64,000 nucleotides of DNA, taken from contig JBKQUY010000034.1 in the NCBI GenBank assembly GCA_052325425.1, forward strand, positions 25 through 64,024, read 5' to 3'. The translations under genes and the position numbers were made by a program. A model generated the notes under the pieces. It was given only the letters and a program-made list of their open reading frames with translations. It was not told where the DNA came from and ran no database searches. The stretch is from Bacteroidia bacterium (lineage in GTDB: Bacteria; Bacteroidota; Bacteroidia; JABEUT01). This document shows positions 48,401 through 58,400 of the stretch, piece after piece; position 1 is the first letter of the stretch; the number at the start of each line of letters is the position of its first letter.

Positions 48401-51400
48401 TAAGTTAATGCGCCTGTTCCACCTGATGCTGTTACAGTAACATTTCCATTATTGCTTCCGCATGTAGCATTTGTTAAGCTTACTATATAATCAGCTATAG
48501 CCGGCGGCTGGGTAATGGTACCGGTATCAGTTGTTGTACAACCGTTTATGTCAGTTATGGTACAAGTATAGGTACCGGTAGTAAGGTTAACGCCTGTTGC
48601 ACCGGTTCCACCTGATGGAGCCCAACTGTAAGCATATGGGCTTGTACCGCCTGTCGCATTTACAATTGCGCTGCCGGTGTTGCTTCCGTTACATTTTATT
48701 GGATTGGTTGTTATAGTAGCGCTTAATGCATTTGCAGGTTGAGTGAGTAAGGTAGTAGCAGTTGCAGAACATCCGTTATTATCCGTTATAGTAACTGTAT
48801 ATGTTCCAGCGCTTAAATTAGTTGCTATGGCATTTGTACCTCCTGCCGGCGCCCATGAATAGGTGTAAGCAGGAATGCCGCCGGCGGCTGTTACTTTAAC
48901 GCTTCCGGTATTGCCTCCGTTGCATTTAACAGGGGTATTTATTATGGTGGCAGTTATAACAGAGGGCTGTGTGATGTTCGCAGCAGCAGTCGTATTGCAT
49001 CCGTTTGCATCAGTAACGGAAACTGTATATGTTCCTGCGGCAAGGCTATCGGCTGTGGCATTGGTGCCTCCTGCCGGCGTCCATAAATAAGTATAAGGAG
49101 TTGTTCCTCCGCCGGCAGTAATAGCAGCACTTCCATTTGCTTCTCCATTACATTTTACGGAAGTTGTGGTTGCATTTGCAGTTAAAGCTGCCGGCTGGGT
49201 TATATTGTTCGTAGCTGTTGCAGTACATCCGTTAGCATCGCTTACTGTAACCGTATAAGTTCCTTTTGCCAGGTTATCCGCAGTAGCATTGGTACCTCCG
49301 CCTGGTGCCCATGAATAAGTATAGGCAGGTGTACCGCCATTTGCTGTTACTGTTGCGCTACCTGTTGCTTCTCCGTTACATTTAACAGGAGAAGAGGTTG
49401 TACTTGCAGTTAAGGTTGCCGGTTGGGTAATATTAGCAGTAGTAGTTACACTGCATCCGTTGGCATCGGTAACGGTTGCTGTGTAAGTGCCTGCAACAAG
49501 GTTTTTTGCAGTGGCATTGGTTCCGCCGCCAGGAGTCCATGAATATGTATAGCCGGGAGTACCGCCGCCTGCTGTTACTGTAACACTGCCTGTTCCTCCG
49601 TTACACTTTACAGGAATTGCCGTTGCCGTTGCTGCTAAAACAGCCGGCTGTGATACTGTTGCCGTAGCTGTTGAAGTGCATCCGTTAGCATCCGTTACCG
49701 TTACAGTATAGTTACCAATACTTAATCCTGCATTATTACTGCCTGTCTGGCCATTGCTCCATGAATACGTATAGGCAGGTGTACCACCCCCGGCCGTTAC
49801 CAAAGCGCTTCCTGTATTACCCCCATTGCATTTTACGGGAATAGCAGAGGCAGCAGCGGTCAACTCTACAGGCTGTGTGATGATGGCAGCGTTAGCAGTA
49901 ATGCTACACCCATTAGCATCGGTAACGGTAACAGTCAGCGAATTTCCTGCCGGTAATCCTGTAACAGTAGTTGTAGTTTGGCCATTGCTCCAGGAATAAG
50001 TATAAGCCGGCGTTCCACCTCCTGCCGTAACAGTGGTGCTTCCGTTATTACCTCCGTTACATTTTACAGGGGTATTGGTAGTTGCGGCTGTTAAAGCCGT
50101 AGGTTGCGTAATAGTTATATTGACAGTGGCAGTACATCCGTTGGCATCAGTTACTGTTACAGCGTAAGTGCCTGCTGATAATCCTGTGGCGCTGGTTGTG
50201 GTTTCACCATTGCTCCATGAATAAGTATAGCCTGGAGTACCGCCTCCGGCTGTTATGGTGGCGCTGCCAGTTGCACCACCGTTACATTTAACCGGAATAG
50301 AAGAAGTAGCAGTTGTCAGTGCGGGAGGCTGAGTTATGGTAACATTAGGAATATCGGTAATGGAGCAGTTATTGGCATCGGTAATAGTTACCGTTACCGT
50401 ATAATTTCCGGCTGGAAAACCGGTAGCAGTGCTTGTGGTTTGCCCGTTACTCCATAAATAAGTATAGTTTGGCGTACCGCCGGCGGCTGTTACCGTAACG
50501 CTACCCGTATTACTTCCATTGCACCTTGCAGGGGTAGTGGTGGTAGAAGCAGTTAAGCCGGATGACTGGGCGACAATAGCTGTAGCAGTAGTGGAACAGT
50601 TATTGGCATCGGTTATGGTTACTGTATATGTCCCGGCTGTTAAATTACTTGCCGTTGCATTGGTTCCACCGGCCGGAGACCATGAATATTTATAAGCAGG
50701 AGTACCGCCATTGGCGGTTACTGTGGCGCTGCCCGTATTACCCCCATTGCATTTAACAGGAGTAGTTATAATGGTAGCCGCTAGGACAGCAGGCTGAGAA
50801 ATAGTTACTGTATCAATAATTACGCAACCCTCTGCATTGGTTACCTCACAGGAATAAAGGCCCGCAGGAACATTACTGATTGTTGCATTGGTTCCCCCGG
50901 AAGGTGACCAGTCGTAAAAAAACGGCCCTGTACTACCCGTTACAGTTATTGTAGCGCTACCTGTATTACCACCATTACATTTTACCGGAACAGTAGTTGT
51001 TGTTGCTGTAACTCCTGCGCTGTTGTTGGTCAGGATTACTACCTGTTTAGTACATCCGTTCGCATCAGTTATGGTACAGGTATATATACCGGCAGCAAGA
51101 TTGGAGTATGTTGCCGTATTTCCGCCCGTGTAGCCTGAAGGAGCCCAGCTATAAGTGAACGCTCCGGTTCCGCCCGATGCAGTTACACTCCCGCTCCCGT
51201 TATTCAGACCGCATGCGGTAGTTGTTACGCTTACACTGGCTGTTATTGCCGGTGGTTGCGTAACGGCCACCGTAGCTTTAGCCGTGCATCCATTAGCATC
51301 GGTTACGGTCGCAGTATAGGTTCCAGCGGTAAGATTGCTTATTGAAGCATTGGTGCCTCCGCCGGGTGTCCATGAATAGCTATAGGCAGATGTACCGCCA

Positions 51401-54400
51401 CCGGCCGTTACCATAGCGCTGCCTGTGCTGCTTCCGTTACATTCTGCAGGAACACTTGTAGTAGTTGCAGTTAAGCCTGCCGGCTGGCTGATAATGGATG
51501 TGACAGTGGCGGTGCAACCGTTGGCATCGGTTATGGTTACAGTATAGCTCCCTGCCGTAAGATTATTTACTGTAGCATTGGTTCCACCACCGGGCGCCCA
51601 TGAATAGGTGTAAGCCGGAGAGCCGCCGCTTGCAGTTACCGTAGCACTGCCTGTATTGCCACCATTACACTTTACCGGTGTATTGGTTGTTGTGGCAGTT
51701 ACAGCTGAGGTAGGTTGAGTAATAGTTATGTTGGCAGAGGCATTACACCCATTGGCATCGGTAATGGCTACCGAATAATTTCCTGCCGATAAACCTGTTG
51801 CAGTGCCTGTAGTTTGCCCGTTGTTCCATAAATAAGTATACCCTGGAGTGCCTCCTCCTGCCGTTACAGTAGCGCTTCCTGTGTTACTTCCGTTACATTT
51901 TATATCAGTAACTGATGTGGTAGCTGTTAAAATTGCAGGTTGGTTAATTGTTACAGTGGCCGTTGCAGTACATCCGTTGGCATCAGTAATAGTTATTGGG
52001 TAAGTGCCGGCGGATAAACCTGAGGCAGCAGTGGTAGTTTGTCCGTCACTCCAGGAGTAAGTATAAGCAGGTGTGCCTCCGGAGGCTGTTACTGTGGCGC
52101 TGCCGGTATTACCACCATTACATTTTACAGGAACAGTTGTAGTTGCAGTTGTTAATGCTGTTGGCTGAGTAATTTTTGCTGTACCTGTAGCTGTGCATCC
52201 ATTGGCATCAGTTATTGTTGCGGTATAAGTACCTGCGATTAACCCTGTAGCACCGGAGCTCGATTGCCCGTTACTCCAGGAATAGGTATAAGGAGCAGTG
52301 CCGCCGCTACCCGTTACAGTTGCACTGCCTGTATTGCCACCATTGCATTTAACAGGAGTAGCGGAAGTAGTTGCGGTTAAAACTGGTGGTTGACCAATAC
52401 TTGTTGATGCGGTAGTTGTGCATCCGTTGGCATCTTTAACAGTTACTGTATAAGTTCCGGCAGTAAAGTTGGTTGCAGTAGCATTGGTGCCTCCGCCCGG
52501 AGCCCAGGAATATGAATATGCAGGGGTGCCTCCGGAAGCAGTTGCCGTTGCCGTACCTGTGTTGCCCCCATTACATTCAACAGGGGTGTTTACAATAGTT
52601 GCATTTACAGCGGTCGGCTGCGTAACATTATCTGTGGAAGTTGCAATGCATCCGTTTGCGTCTGTCACTGTAACAGTATAGCTTCCTGCTGCAAGGTTGC
52701 TTGCTGTGGCTTTGGTGCCTCCTGTTGGTGCCCATGAATAGGTATAGCCGGGAATACCGCCGCTTGCGGTTACCGTAGCGTCACCCGTATTATTTCCAAA
52801 ACAATTTACCGGAATTTCAGTTGTTGTCGCATTCAAAGCAGCAGGTTGTGTAACTGTCGCTGTGGCTGTAACTGTGCATCCGTCGGCATCGGCAATCGTC
52901 ACGGTATAAATTCCGGCAGCAAGGTTGTCAGTGGTGGCTGAAGTTCCACCGCCCGGGGCCCATGAGTAGGAGTAAGCAGGAGTACCGCCACTTGCAGTTA
53001 CTGTAACACCGGCTGTATTTCCTCCATGGCACTTTTCCTGTGAGCCGGTGGCAGTGGCAGCTAAAACAGCAGGTTGTGTGATATTGGTTGTAGATGTAAT
53101 TATACATCCATTTGCATCTGTAACAGTTACCGTATAAGTTCCCGCTTTGAGGTTGTTGGCTGAAGCATTGGTTCCGCCGCTTGGGGACCATGAATAGGTA
53201 TAAGGCGGTGTGCCGCCGCCTGTAGTAACTGATGCGCTTCCGGTATTGCCACCGTTGCATAATACCGGTGTATTTATGGCAGTGGCTGTTAAAGCTGGCG
53301 GTTGTGTAATATTTGTCGTAATAGTCGCGGTGCACCCTATTGAATCCGTAACAGTTACCGTATAGGTTCCTGCTGTTAAGTTAGTTGCTACTGAATTGGT
53401 TTCACCGGAAGGTGTCCACAAATATTGAAAAGGCGCGAAACCTCCGCTTATTGTTGCAGATGCAGTGCCGTTGCTTCCTCCATAACAGGTAATATCTGTG
53501 CTTGGCTGGGTAACGGATACCGTAGGAACAGTGCTGCCTATTACTGTATCTACAATAGTATCGGTACAGCCGCTGCCTGCTACACTGGCAATAGCTACTT
53601 TATATACTCCCGGACAACTTACCGTTACTGTTTGCTGGTTGCTGGCGCCAACAATGCAAGGCCCATACCATTGATAGGATGAAGCACCCGATGGTGCGGT
53701 GGCGTTAAGCGTAGCTTCATTAGAACAGAGAACAGGGAAAGAAGTAATTATACCTGCCAGGCAGGTAGCGTCAAAATATGCATAACCAAAGTGCGCGCCC
53801 AGGGCGCAGTCTGAGCTCGTTACCACTATGGTAACGCACTGGCCTATATATGCCTGCAATGGAACATATACTGTGCTCCAGGGTTTGCAATATACAGTGT
53901 CCTTGTCAGGTTTATAGTATATACCTGTATACCCGGGAATGCCGGGTCCTGAAACTACTGAATAATTACCGCAACTGGGTATTTGATTGCCATTCTGGTC
54001 GAGTATCTGTACATTAAAGTAAGGTTGTTGATAAAAGGCATGGCTGGGATTTTCCAGTACTACAGCATACATATAGGTAAAGTTCGCATTGGCCTCCGTT
54101 ACTGTAAATGTCTGCTCTAATATCCCCATTTGCGCGTGAGGTGTCGGTCCATCGCCTATACGGCATGAGTATGAACCTCCGGTTGGACAAACAACGGGTA
54201 TTAATGCACCTGCAATAGGGTCAACGCCTGCTCCGCTCATTAATGTTACCTGGTAAGTATTTGTGTTAGGGTCAAGCGCTGCGCTTGTAACAGCGCCGCA
54301 GGCGCCGCCAACAGGGGTAGTATTTTTAAAAACTTTGGTGGTAGAAGTATTTTCTGCATAATAAGCGTACCATGCCGATAAGTTTCCGTTTTCAAAACCT

Positions 54401-55116
54401 ATATTATCACATGCCGGATTACATGGAGGCAAGGCAATGGGCGGCCCCGAATGTTTGCGGTTGATTTGATTTAGACTTGCAGGATTCTCTTTTTCGATTT
54501 TCCTGAACTCATTAAATAAGTTTACATATTCTGTAATCTTTAGCAGGGCATAATTTTGTATATCAGCATCAGTGGTTATTTGTTTGCTTTCAACTTTATT
54601 CCAGAATTCAAACCTGTCTGTTCCGTTTATCTTATCATAATAATAGTCGCTGAAAAGAGCCATTTCGGAATCTGAAGCTCCTGTTTGCTGCTGAACACTA
54701 TTTAAGATATGGAACGATTGCAGCTTGTCGGTGGCAATTTCTATCTCATCGCCCTCTTCGGACTTGCTTTGAGAAGAATCGTGGTTTGCTGCGATTTCAT
54801 ATTGGGGAGAAGTGCCATTAAGTAATTTGTAATCTTCCTGATGCGTGTTTAAATTTTGTTTTTCGTTGTATAATATGCCGTAATTCTGAATTTCATTTTC
54901 CAAAGCCGGTTCCTGTGAAGGATTTTCCGGAATCAACAATTGTATGTTCCGGAGGCTTCTGCCATCGCCATCTGAAGTCGGAGCTTTATTTTTTATATTC
55001 CTTGCTAAGGTAACATGGCAGTTAAACAAACAGAAAGTTGCTATAAGTAACGTTATCCGTATCCCATGTAGAAGCCTGCTAAGTATGTATCCCGTTAAGG
55101 TAGTTATGGGTTCCAT
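45406..55116 (-). CDS. Giant (3236-aa) SprB-repeat cell-surface adhesin with PKD-like modules and a T9SS type-B C-terminal sorting domain
   Basis: About 30 tandem repeats of 72-78 aa with consensus ...T.PVKCNGGNTGSATVTASGGTPAYTYSWAPGGGTNAT..NL.AGTYTVTVTDANGC.ATAT.NITQP (SprB-repeat pattern C.GG.NG...V.A.GG..PY.Y.W). The C-terminus FTPNGDGLNDYF...IYDRWGMKIFE...GWDGRANG...YVYIIKL...GRVTLIK is a type-B CTD. Signal peptide present. Confidence 0.85.
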   Translation of the reverse strand: MEPITTLTGYILSRLLHGIRITLLIATFCLFNCHVTLARNIKNKAPTSDGDGRSLRNIQLLIPENPSQEPALENEIQNYGILYNEKQNLNTHQEDYKLLNGTSPQYEIAANHDSSQSKSEEGDEIEIATDKLQSFHILNSVQQQTGASDSEMALFSDYYYDKINGTDRFEFWNKVESKQITTDADIQNYALLKITEYVNLFNEFRKIEKENPASLNQINRKHSGPPIALPPCNPACDNIGFENGNLSAWYAYYAENTSTTKVFKNTTPVGGACGAVTSAALDPNTNTYQVTLMSGAGVDPIAGALIPVVCPTGGSYSCRIGDGPTPHAQMGILEQTFTVTEANANFTYMYAVVLENPSHAFYQQPYFNVQILDQNGNQIPSCGNYSVVSGPGIPGYTGIYYKPDKDTVYCKPWSTVYVPLQAYIGQCVTIVVTSSDCALGAHFGYAYFDATCLAGIITSFPVLCSNEATLNATAPSGASSYQWYGPCIVGASNQQTVTVSCPGVYKVAIASVAGSGCTDTIVDTVIGSTVPTVSVTQPSTDITCYGGSNGTASATISGGFAPFQYLWTPSGETNSVATNLTAGTYTVTVTDSIGCTATITTNITQPPALTATAINTPVLCNGGNTGSASVTTGGGTPPYTYSWSPSGGTNASANNLKAGTYTVTVTDANGCIITSTTNITQPAVLAATATGSQEKCHGGNTAGVTVTASGGTPAYSYSWAPGGGTSATTDNLAAGIYTVTIADADGCTVTATATVTQPAALNATTTEIPVNCFGNNTGDATVTASGGIPGYTYSWAPTGGTKATASNLAAGSYTVTVTDANGCIATSTDNVTQPTAVNATIVNTPVECNGGNTGTATATASGGTPAYSYSWAPGGGTNATATNFTAGTYTVTVKDANGCTTTASTSIGQPPVLTATTSATPVKCNGGNTGSATVTGSGGTAPYTYSWSNGQSSSGATGLIAGTYTATITDANGCTATGTAKITQPTALTTATTTVPVKCNGGNTGSATVTASGGTPAYTYSWSDGQTTTAASGLSAGTYPITITDANGCTATATVTINQPAILTATTSVTDIKCNGSNTGSATVTAGGGTPGYTYLWNNGQTTGTATGLSAGNYSVAITDANGCNASANITITQPTSAVTATTTNTPVKCNGGNTGSATVTASGGSPAYTYSWAPGGGTNATVNNLTAGSYTVTITDANGCTATVTSIISQPAGLTATTTSVPAECNGSSTGSAMVTAGGGTSAYSYSWTPGGGTNASISNLTAGTYTATVTDANGCTAKATVAVTQPPAITASVSVTTTACGLNNGSGSVTASGGTGAFTYSWAPSGYTGGNTATYSNLAAGIYTCTITDANGCTKQVVILTNNSAGVTATTTTVPVKCNGGNTGSATITVTGSTGPFFYDWSPSGGTNATISNVPAGLYSCEVTNAEGCVIIDTVTISQPAVLAATIITTPVKCNGGNTGSATVTANGGTPAYKYSWSPAGGTNATASNLTAGTYTVTITDANNCSTTATAIVAQSSGLTASTTTTPARCNGSNTGSVTVTAAGGTPNYTYLWSNGQTTSTATGFPAGNYTVTVTITDANNCSITDIPNVTITQPPALTTATSSIPVKCNGGATGSATITAGGGTPGYTYSWSNGETTTSATGLSAGTYAVTVTDANGCTATVNITITQPTALTAATTNTPVKCNGGNNGSTTVTAGGGTPAYTYSWSNGQTTTTVTGLPAGNSLTVTVTDANGCSITANAAIITQPVELTAAASAIPVKCNGGNTGSALVTAGGGTPAYTYSWSNGQTGSNNAGLSIGNYTVTVTDANGCTSTATATVSQPAVLAATATAIPVKCNGGTGSVTVTAGGGTPGYTYSWTPGGGTNATAKNLVAGTYTATVTDANGCSVTTTANITQPATLTASTTSSPVKCNGEATGSATVTANGGTPAYTYSWAPGGGTNATADNLAKGTYTVTVSDANGCTATATNNITQPAALTANATTTSVKCNGEANGSAAITAGGGTTPYTYLWTPAGGTNATADSLAAGTYTVSVTDANGCNTTAAANITQPSVITATIINTPVKCNGGNTGSVKVTAAGGIPAYTYSWAPAGGTNAIATNLSAGTYTVTITDNNGCSATATTLLTQPANALSATITTNPIKCNGSNTGSAIVNATGGTSPYAYSWAPSGGTGATGVNLTTGTYTCTITDINGCTTTDTGTITQPPAIADYIVSLTNATCGSNNGNVTVTASGGTGALTYSWAPAGYTGGNTATYSNLPANTYTCTITDANGCTKQITVLINNIAGPTATLSEIGELCYGGNNGSAIVHITSGTGPFTYNWAPSGGTGSTANTITTGIYSVTITDKNGCITIDTITVTQPTVIKTIVTTTPVKCNGGNTGSAMVTISGGTPGYTYLWAPAGGNAATAGNLQAGTYTVTITDSNQCTASTLVSVSQPAALASIPSSTEVSCNGGNNGSVVDAVSGGTPPYTYSWTPGGGKGSSEDNLTAGTYTVTSTDANGCTITSAINVTQPKAIATSASSSGTSCNGGNNGSATIVAGGGTPPYQYSWAPYGGSNSVANNLAAGTYTVTVTDSNNCKYVSTIIVAQPAALSELNSTTDVGCYGGSNGTAKITVKGGFSPYSYSWIPKVSTSDSATKLATGTYIVTVTDAHNCITEDTINISQPKIITATTTVQPPSCYGLQNGSATILVSGGVPSYTYIWSTSPAQHRDTADNLGIGTYTVLVTDANGCTKKDTVIVTQPAKLTSSIINTTNLICYGDSNGSATVAVSGGTLPYQYLWSTVPPQTSNQGSKLSAGTYTINIADAHNCPVSDTVTITQPPPVTTTATAPDSICSGTTVTIVAAGHGGNGTYTYQWSTGVGSIATQNVTPVNSTTYTITATDGKGCIGTPATVTINTWNLGPADVSVTPHQFICYGDTVTLFANVTNANSGSVNIHWSNGYSGSGPFHLIITNDSTFTVTVMNQCGSEVTKTIPVTINPLPHIEIPAKTSASCKGAVFTYDDTTAANKTDSYAWNFGDGTTGNTNPISHSYSQSGLYLVTVIVTTPAGCSNKASAPANITIYPTAKANFTANPDAAPITNPVIDFIDGSINTNKWKWDFGDNSAFSIEESPSHRYADTGTFTVHLYTNNSFGCPDTTKHEVHISPEFTFYVPDAFTPNGDGLNDYFTGKGVGVVDFDMVIYDRWGMKIFETQNMEKGWDGRANGGQDIAQEDTYVYIIKLTDIFKNPHSYIGRVTLIK

Positions 55117-55413
55117 CCGAAATTAATTAGTTCTCTTTAAATACCTAAACGATATAGGAGATATGAGGTTACATATATTTTGGGGTTATTTTATAATTAT
55201 CAATAAATCAGATTGTTGCGGATTGTTAAATATCAACTATACAAAAAAATGGTGTTTAGATTGACATTTTGAGTGAATATGTTTTTAATAATATAACCGA
55301 AAAAATGTAACCTTTTTTCAGTTAATCGTAAAAGGGCGGTTTTGCATTTTTAATATGAGAGACAGAATAATATATATTTTTCTTTGGCATAAAAAATATA
55401 ATGATTCGGGAGT

Positions 55414-58400
55414 TTAAGAAAGAGTAAATCTTATTGCAAAACCTCCATCCATAGTTGATGTTGGGTAGGAAGATGATATCTGTGGAGTGTTAATAATCTT
55501 ATCAAAATATATCCTGAAAGTAACCCGTGAGTTTATATTGTATTCTGCCTGCGATTTTAAAGATATAATATCTTGCCCGCCGGTAATCTGGTCTGAAAGG
55601 TTATCTGTGCTTCGCAAAATGGTTTCATTCAGCCTGTAAGACAAATCAACCTTAATTGTAATATCGTTCTTAAGAGGTTTATTGCCAATTTTTATAGGAA
55701 GCTGTACATTTTTAATTTTATACCCCAAACCTGCAATATATTCCTGCCCATGTACTTCGTTAATAGAGAGGTCGCTCATATTAAGCGCAATCTGCCTGTC
55801 TGTGCGTATTTCAAGATTAGACATAATATTACTTTTTAAGGTAACCCCGATTTTAATAAGCGGTGAAAACTGCTCTGTAAGCGCCACAGTCGGAATCTGG
55901 TCTGCCGGAATGAAATCACCGTTTATATCCCTGGCCCAGGCGCCATAAGGATTATATAAAAGATTATAATTATAGCCTCCCACGCTATATGAAGATGTAT
56001 ATGCACTGCTGATAGTTACACTCTGGGTATTGGCTTTTACCCAGGGAATAATTTTCGGAAGGCCCGAGTATGCTATGGTCCAATTGGGAAAAGGTATAGC
56101 GGGGAAAGGGCTAAGGGAAATATTTGTCGCGCTCCTTCCGGAATATGCAGCGAGAAATGCAGGTATAACAACACTCTGTGAATATTTACTGTATCCGTCA
56201 TAAAATACAGAATCCCGGTTTGAATTTGGAACCGGCCCTTTTGATTGGCTCCCGGAAGCGGTTCCAAGCCGTTGGGAAATAATTGTCCTGTCATTCAAAT
56301 ACGCATAAAATAACCTCGTATCACCGGCAGAATTACCTTCAAAAATAGTACCTAGCATTAAAAATGACATGCTGAAATTTCCCGATTCAGTAAAACCGCT
56401 AAGAGAAGGATAATGGACATTATTGGCGCCTATTGAATCATGAAGATATTCGCTTGTAGATTGCGATTGGGTATGCGTTGCCGTAATGTCAATCTTAAGG
56501 TCGGGTACCGGTTCTAATGAAGCATGGGCACTGAAAGTTTGTGTATATACAGTAGTGAAAGGAGTATAGAAAGTACTTGTAGTATCTATCCAGTGATTTT
56601 GCAATGCCTGTGAAATAAATTCGGGGACCTGGACATTGGCATATTGACCAGGCCCGATTTTAAATGGATATCTAACAGTTTGTTGACCCCCGCCAAATAC
56701 AAACAATGGCCCGGGGTCCCAGTCATGGCTCGGATTCATACCCAACACATCCGAAAAATCAGTATAACCTGGTAATACCATTCCCTGGGTCTGGCTATAG
56801 GTAAATGATATGTTTTTTACCGATGTAACAAGATGAGCAAACCACTTTTCAACATAGAAAGCTGTAGTTTTGGAAGTATCGTGCATAAATTTCAGGCTAT
56901 CTTCAATATGTTTCAGGCTATCTAAACCATGCTGGGTTTTAGGCTTCTGGTTCTTATTAAGCAGCCCGCCTCTGCCAGGTGGATTCCGGCCCGGGTATGT
57001 CCCGTTATTTTTATTATCCTGCAGGAATTTTTTAAAGAAAGCTACTTTATTATAGAGCATTGCCATATTAAGTTGCCCGTTAATCTGCTTTGTATTTGAA
57101 TTTTGTATAGTCGCGCCCAGGTCTTCATCGGCAAAGGGAGCATGCATCCAGTCGTAATTACCGGTATAGCGGGCATTGGCTGTTACAAAATCAAGGAAGG
57201 GAATTTTATTTATAGGTATGTCATAACTGAGATTCACAACTTGTTTGTAATCTGTATTTATCTGGTGGGTAAAAAAGTCCTGCCTCACGCTATCGCGTTG
57301 CTGTTGTGTGGTTATCGGGAGACCTTCCGGTTCCATTACACGCGAGTCATTGGTTGCAGTATATTCAAATTTCAACGACTTGGTAATGGGAAAAGTAAAG
57401 TTATAGTTCCGCGTTACATTAAATGTTTTACCCACATCATCCGGTAAATTAACTACAACATCCGGTATATTTACCCGCATCAGAAAGTCGTTATACCCCC
57501 TGTTAATATTTGCCGATATGCTCAATTTATCTATCATGGGATAGAAATTAAAATCTCTTATTAATGCCAGGTATTTGCTCTTTTTGAAAAACTCCGATTT
57601 TATAAGCGGTTGTATGGCCTTGGGATGGAATGAATAGGTATAAGTCAGTGCGCCTTTGTAAGTTTGAGTAATGCTATGCTGGGTATTTATATCTTGATGG
57701 TCTTGCTCGGTATATGCATACGTGGCCGAAAAATTCTGAATATCATAGAAATGGCTTTTCTTCTTATTTTTTCCCTTGTTTACATGCACATTGGTAAAGT
57801 TCATGCTCTTTTGGGTGGTAACGCTCTCAACTATTTTTTTTAGGGAGTCCCCGCTTTCTTTTGACATGGTGGCAAGCGACTGTGTAAGTAAAATATCTGG
57901 GTCAAGCGGGTTGTATTCGGGTATAACGTATTGCTGCCCGTAACTCAAATAAGTAGGTATGCTCAGGTTCCAGTTTGGAGGCAGGAGTTTGCCCATTTCA
58001 AGGTTAGTAGCCAGTGTATAACCCAAATCGGTTTCACGGCTCAGGTTGCCCACATTGGTTTCGAGGCTGCCAAACCCGGGTGTTGAAATATTTCCTGCGA
58101 TTGATAAAGTACCCCAGTCAGCCAGTTTGGCCGATTCCCTCGTTATGGCAGCCACTCCTCCTTTTTCCGAGAAATTGGTCATGCGCAATTCATCAAACCA
58201 CACCTCTGTGCATTTAGGCAACCCGTTATTGGTAGTGGCATTCGCCGAAGTCCGCTTGGGGTTTCTTACACCCAGCATCAAAACCTGTACATTACTTATT
58301 GTCGGGTCACCGACGACGGTAATATTGTTATCACCATCTTTAACTGTATATGGTATTTCAAGCGCTATTGCTGAAGGGTTGCCCCCTGCAGCCGCATCCC

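Noticed and set aside
45439-53682. Numerous 60-135-aa ORFs on both strands within the giant adhesin gene
   Set aside because: They are frame-shifted or antisense readings of the Thr/Gly/Ala-rich repeat DNA. The single 3236-aa frame is continuous and has coherent domain structure.
45406-55116. Regular tandem repeats considered as a possible CRISPR array
   Set aside because: The repeat units are about 220 bp, imperfect and in-frame coding units of a protein (SprB repeats). There is no 25-40-bp repeat/spacer periodicity and no cas genes.
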